Virus record (IMG/VR): IMGVR_UViG_3300028925_005553
Coordinates: 1 to 26,394 of that record
Direction: 5' to 3' (one strand)
DNA length: 26,394 nucleotides
Source of the DNA: a virus
Lineage: Duplodnaviria; Caudoviricetes
In this document: piece by piece, positions 25,031 to 26,394 of the stretch
How the letters are laid out: each line of letters starts with the position of its first letter
How positions within the stretch are numbered: position 1 is the first letter of the stretch
Translations under genes and position numbers: made by a program
The notes under the pieces: generated by a model
Seen by the model: the letters and a program-made list of their open reading frames with translations, nothing else
Told to the model about the DNA's origin: nothing
The model's database searches: none

Positions 25031-26394
25031 TCATAGTTTTACTTCTGAAATTTTACTTACTATATCAAACATTCCATCTAACGTACTACTTCCTAACTGT
25101 GCATACATAGTATTTTTAAATTGAGAATCATACATTGCTTTATCGTACCCCTGTTGTTGAGATATCTCTGCCATACTATGAGCACGATCAGCAGCGTTCT
25201 CTACAACTTGTACAAGGTAGGATGCTTCATCTCTGTACCTTTGCCATAGTTGGTCTTGGGCTGTAGCAGAAAGACCCAATAATGACTGGGCGTTAATTCG
25301 GTTTACTTCATTTTGTCTTGCGGTGTTTTCTGTGTTAATCTGTCTTCGCCAATTAGCATTTGCTTGATTTATTTGAGCTTGCATATTTGAATTAAATTTA
25401 TCTCGGCTATCTTCCATTTGTGATTTAAATTTTAATACAGAGTTTTCTTCACTTGCATTAAATTGTCTCATAGCAGATACCCTAGTAGCGTTGGCATTGT
25501 CTATCTGTACACCTAGCTCTGAAAAAAACTCCATAGTTTGTTGGTCAGATTTTGCGTTAAATTGTCTAGATGCATTTTCTTGGGATTGATCAGATAATAA
25601 AGTTTGTACTTTTGCTTGGGCATTTAATATATTAGTTTTTTGTTTAGAATCTAAATTTGCCATATCTATAGACAAGAAACTTTTTGCGTTGTTTACAGAA
25701 GACTGTAATCTAGAATTTAAATTTGCCTTATCCATTGCTGCATATGTCATAGCATTCTGTAAAGTAGTTTGCTGTTCATTATTAAGGTTAGCTAAATCCA
25801 TAGTAGCATATGTTTTAGCATCTGCAGCAGCAATAGGAACACCAGCCTCGTAAACAGCCTGTGTTATTGCGGCAGCAGCCATAGAAGAAGCACCAAGTCC
25901 ACGCTTTTGCATAATGGCAGAAGCAGCCCTTACAGGACCAGCAGCCCATGCTGGTAATTCTTCACCTGCCTTAATACTATCAAACAAAGAACCAAGTTGG
26001 TATTTAACCGTTGCCTTTTCACTTACTGTGCCTTGTGCAGCTTGTGCTTTTGCTTCAGTTGAAACAGTACCTAATACATCACCTAAAATTGCTTCTTGAG
26101 ACAAATTTCCTTGGGCCGCAATTGCCTCTGGTGTATTTTGATTTACAAAATAATTACTGTACTGTGCAGCAACTTGAGCATTAGAACTAGGGATTGTTAC
26201 TCCTGTAGTATCCGCTAAGGCTGTTGTCATAGTTGGGTTAGCACCTAATTTTACATCAGAACCAGATATAATTTCTCCCGGCTGTTCTGTTAAACTGGCT
26301 ACAGCAGGCTGTTCCCCCGTTTGTAGTGTTGTTTTCTGTGCAGGGGGAGAATTAGCATATGCCAACGATGTTTCAGTGCTGCCCCCTTCTGCAA
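25031..26394 (-). CDS. Ala/Gln/Asn-rich putative structural / internal virion protein, 5'-truncated by the window edge
   Basis: The frame stays open beyond the TTG at 26365 to the window end (..AEGGSTETSLAYANS). P.WAAG.VRAA...M..RGLGASSMA..AI.QA..E...PIA..DA motif and recurrent QFNA-like segments. Confidence 0.75.
   Translation of the reverse strand, partial: AEGGSTETSLAYANSPPAQKTTLQTGEQPAVASLTEQPGEIISGSDVKLGANPTMTTALADTTGVTIPSSNAQVAAQYSNYFVNQNTPEAIAAQGNLSQEAILGDVLGTVSTEAKAQAAQGTVSEKATVKYQLGSLFDSIKAGEELPAWAAGPVRAASAIMQKRGLGASSMAAAAITQAVYEAGVPIAAADAKTYATMDLANLNNEQQTTLQNAMTYAAMDKANLNSRLQSSVNNAKSFLSIDMANLDSKQKTNILNAQAKVQTLLSDQSQENASRQFNAKSDQQTMEFFSELGVQIDNANATRVSAMRQFNASEENSVLKFKSQMEDSRDKFNSNMQAQINQANANWRRQINTENTARQNEVNRINAQSLLGLSATAQDQLWQRYRDEASYLVQVVENAADRAHSMAEISQQQGYDKAMYDSQFKNTMYAQLGSSTLDGMFDIVSKISEVKL

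Noticed and set aside
15498-26099. Plus-strand ORFs inside the structural block
   Set aside because: Antisense shadows of long minus-strand genes with no independent evidence.
26363-26365. TTG start given by the ORF track for the last gene
   Set aside because: There is no SD and the frame stays open to the window end, so the gene is truncated.
1-26394. tRNA genes, integrase/att site, stop-codon reassignment
   Set aside because: No cloverleaf-like sequence or recombinase ORF was seen, and genes tile the window densely under the standard bacterial code using all three stops.

Overview
This AT-rich window is a fragment of a podovirus-like dsDNA phage genome, most consistent with the marine HMO-2011-type / HTVC023P-like phages. 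The main evidence is a family A DNA polymerase with a DnaJ-type zinc-finger insert, separate primase and helicase genes, and a class II ribonucleotide reductase. It has three blocks. (1) 1-5208, minus strand: a tightly coupled string of small putative early genes, including a DUF932-like protein, a pyrimidine-dimer glycosylase-like protein, a winged-HTH protein, a WYL_2/SH3-like protein and several very acidic proteins, with two look-alike terminators. (2) 5329-15089, plus strand, starting from a back-to-back promoter pair: primase, DnaB-like helicase, PolA, probable SSB, Cas4-like exonuclease, endonuclease I, DUF3310 and NrdJ. (3) 15086-26394, minus strand and convergent: probable internal virion/ejection proteins, the last of them truncated at the window edge. 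I saw no tRNA, CRISPR array, integrase or RNA polymerase. The most unusual signals are a strong, positionally graded excess of the palindrome TGTACA and clusters of orphan TTGACA boxes in the early and replication DNA, a recurring hydrophobic-x-x-GG motif in the virion-block proteins, an unannotated 23-aa hydrophobic peptide, and an apparently degenerate macro-like protein. All family assignments come from recognising motifs by eye, not from database searches, and motif counts are manual.
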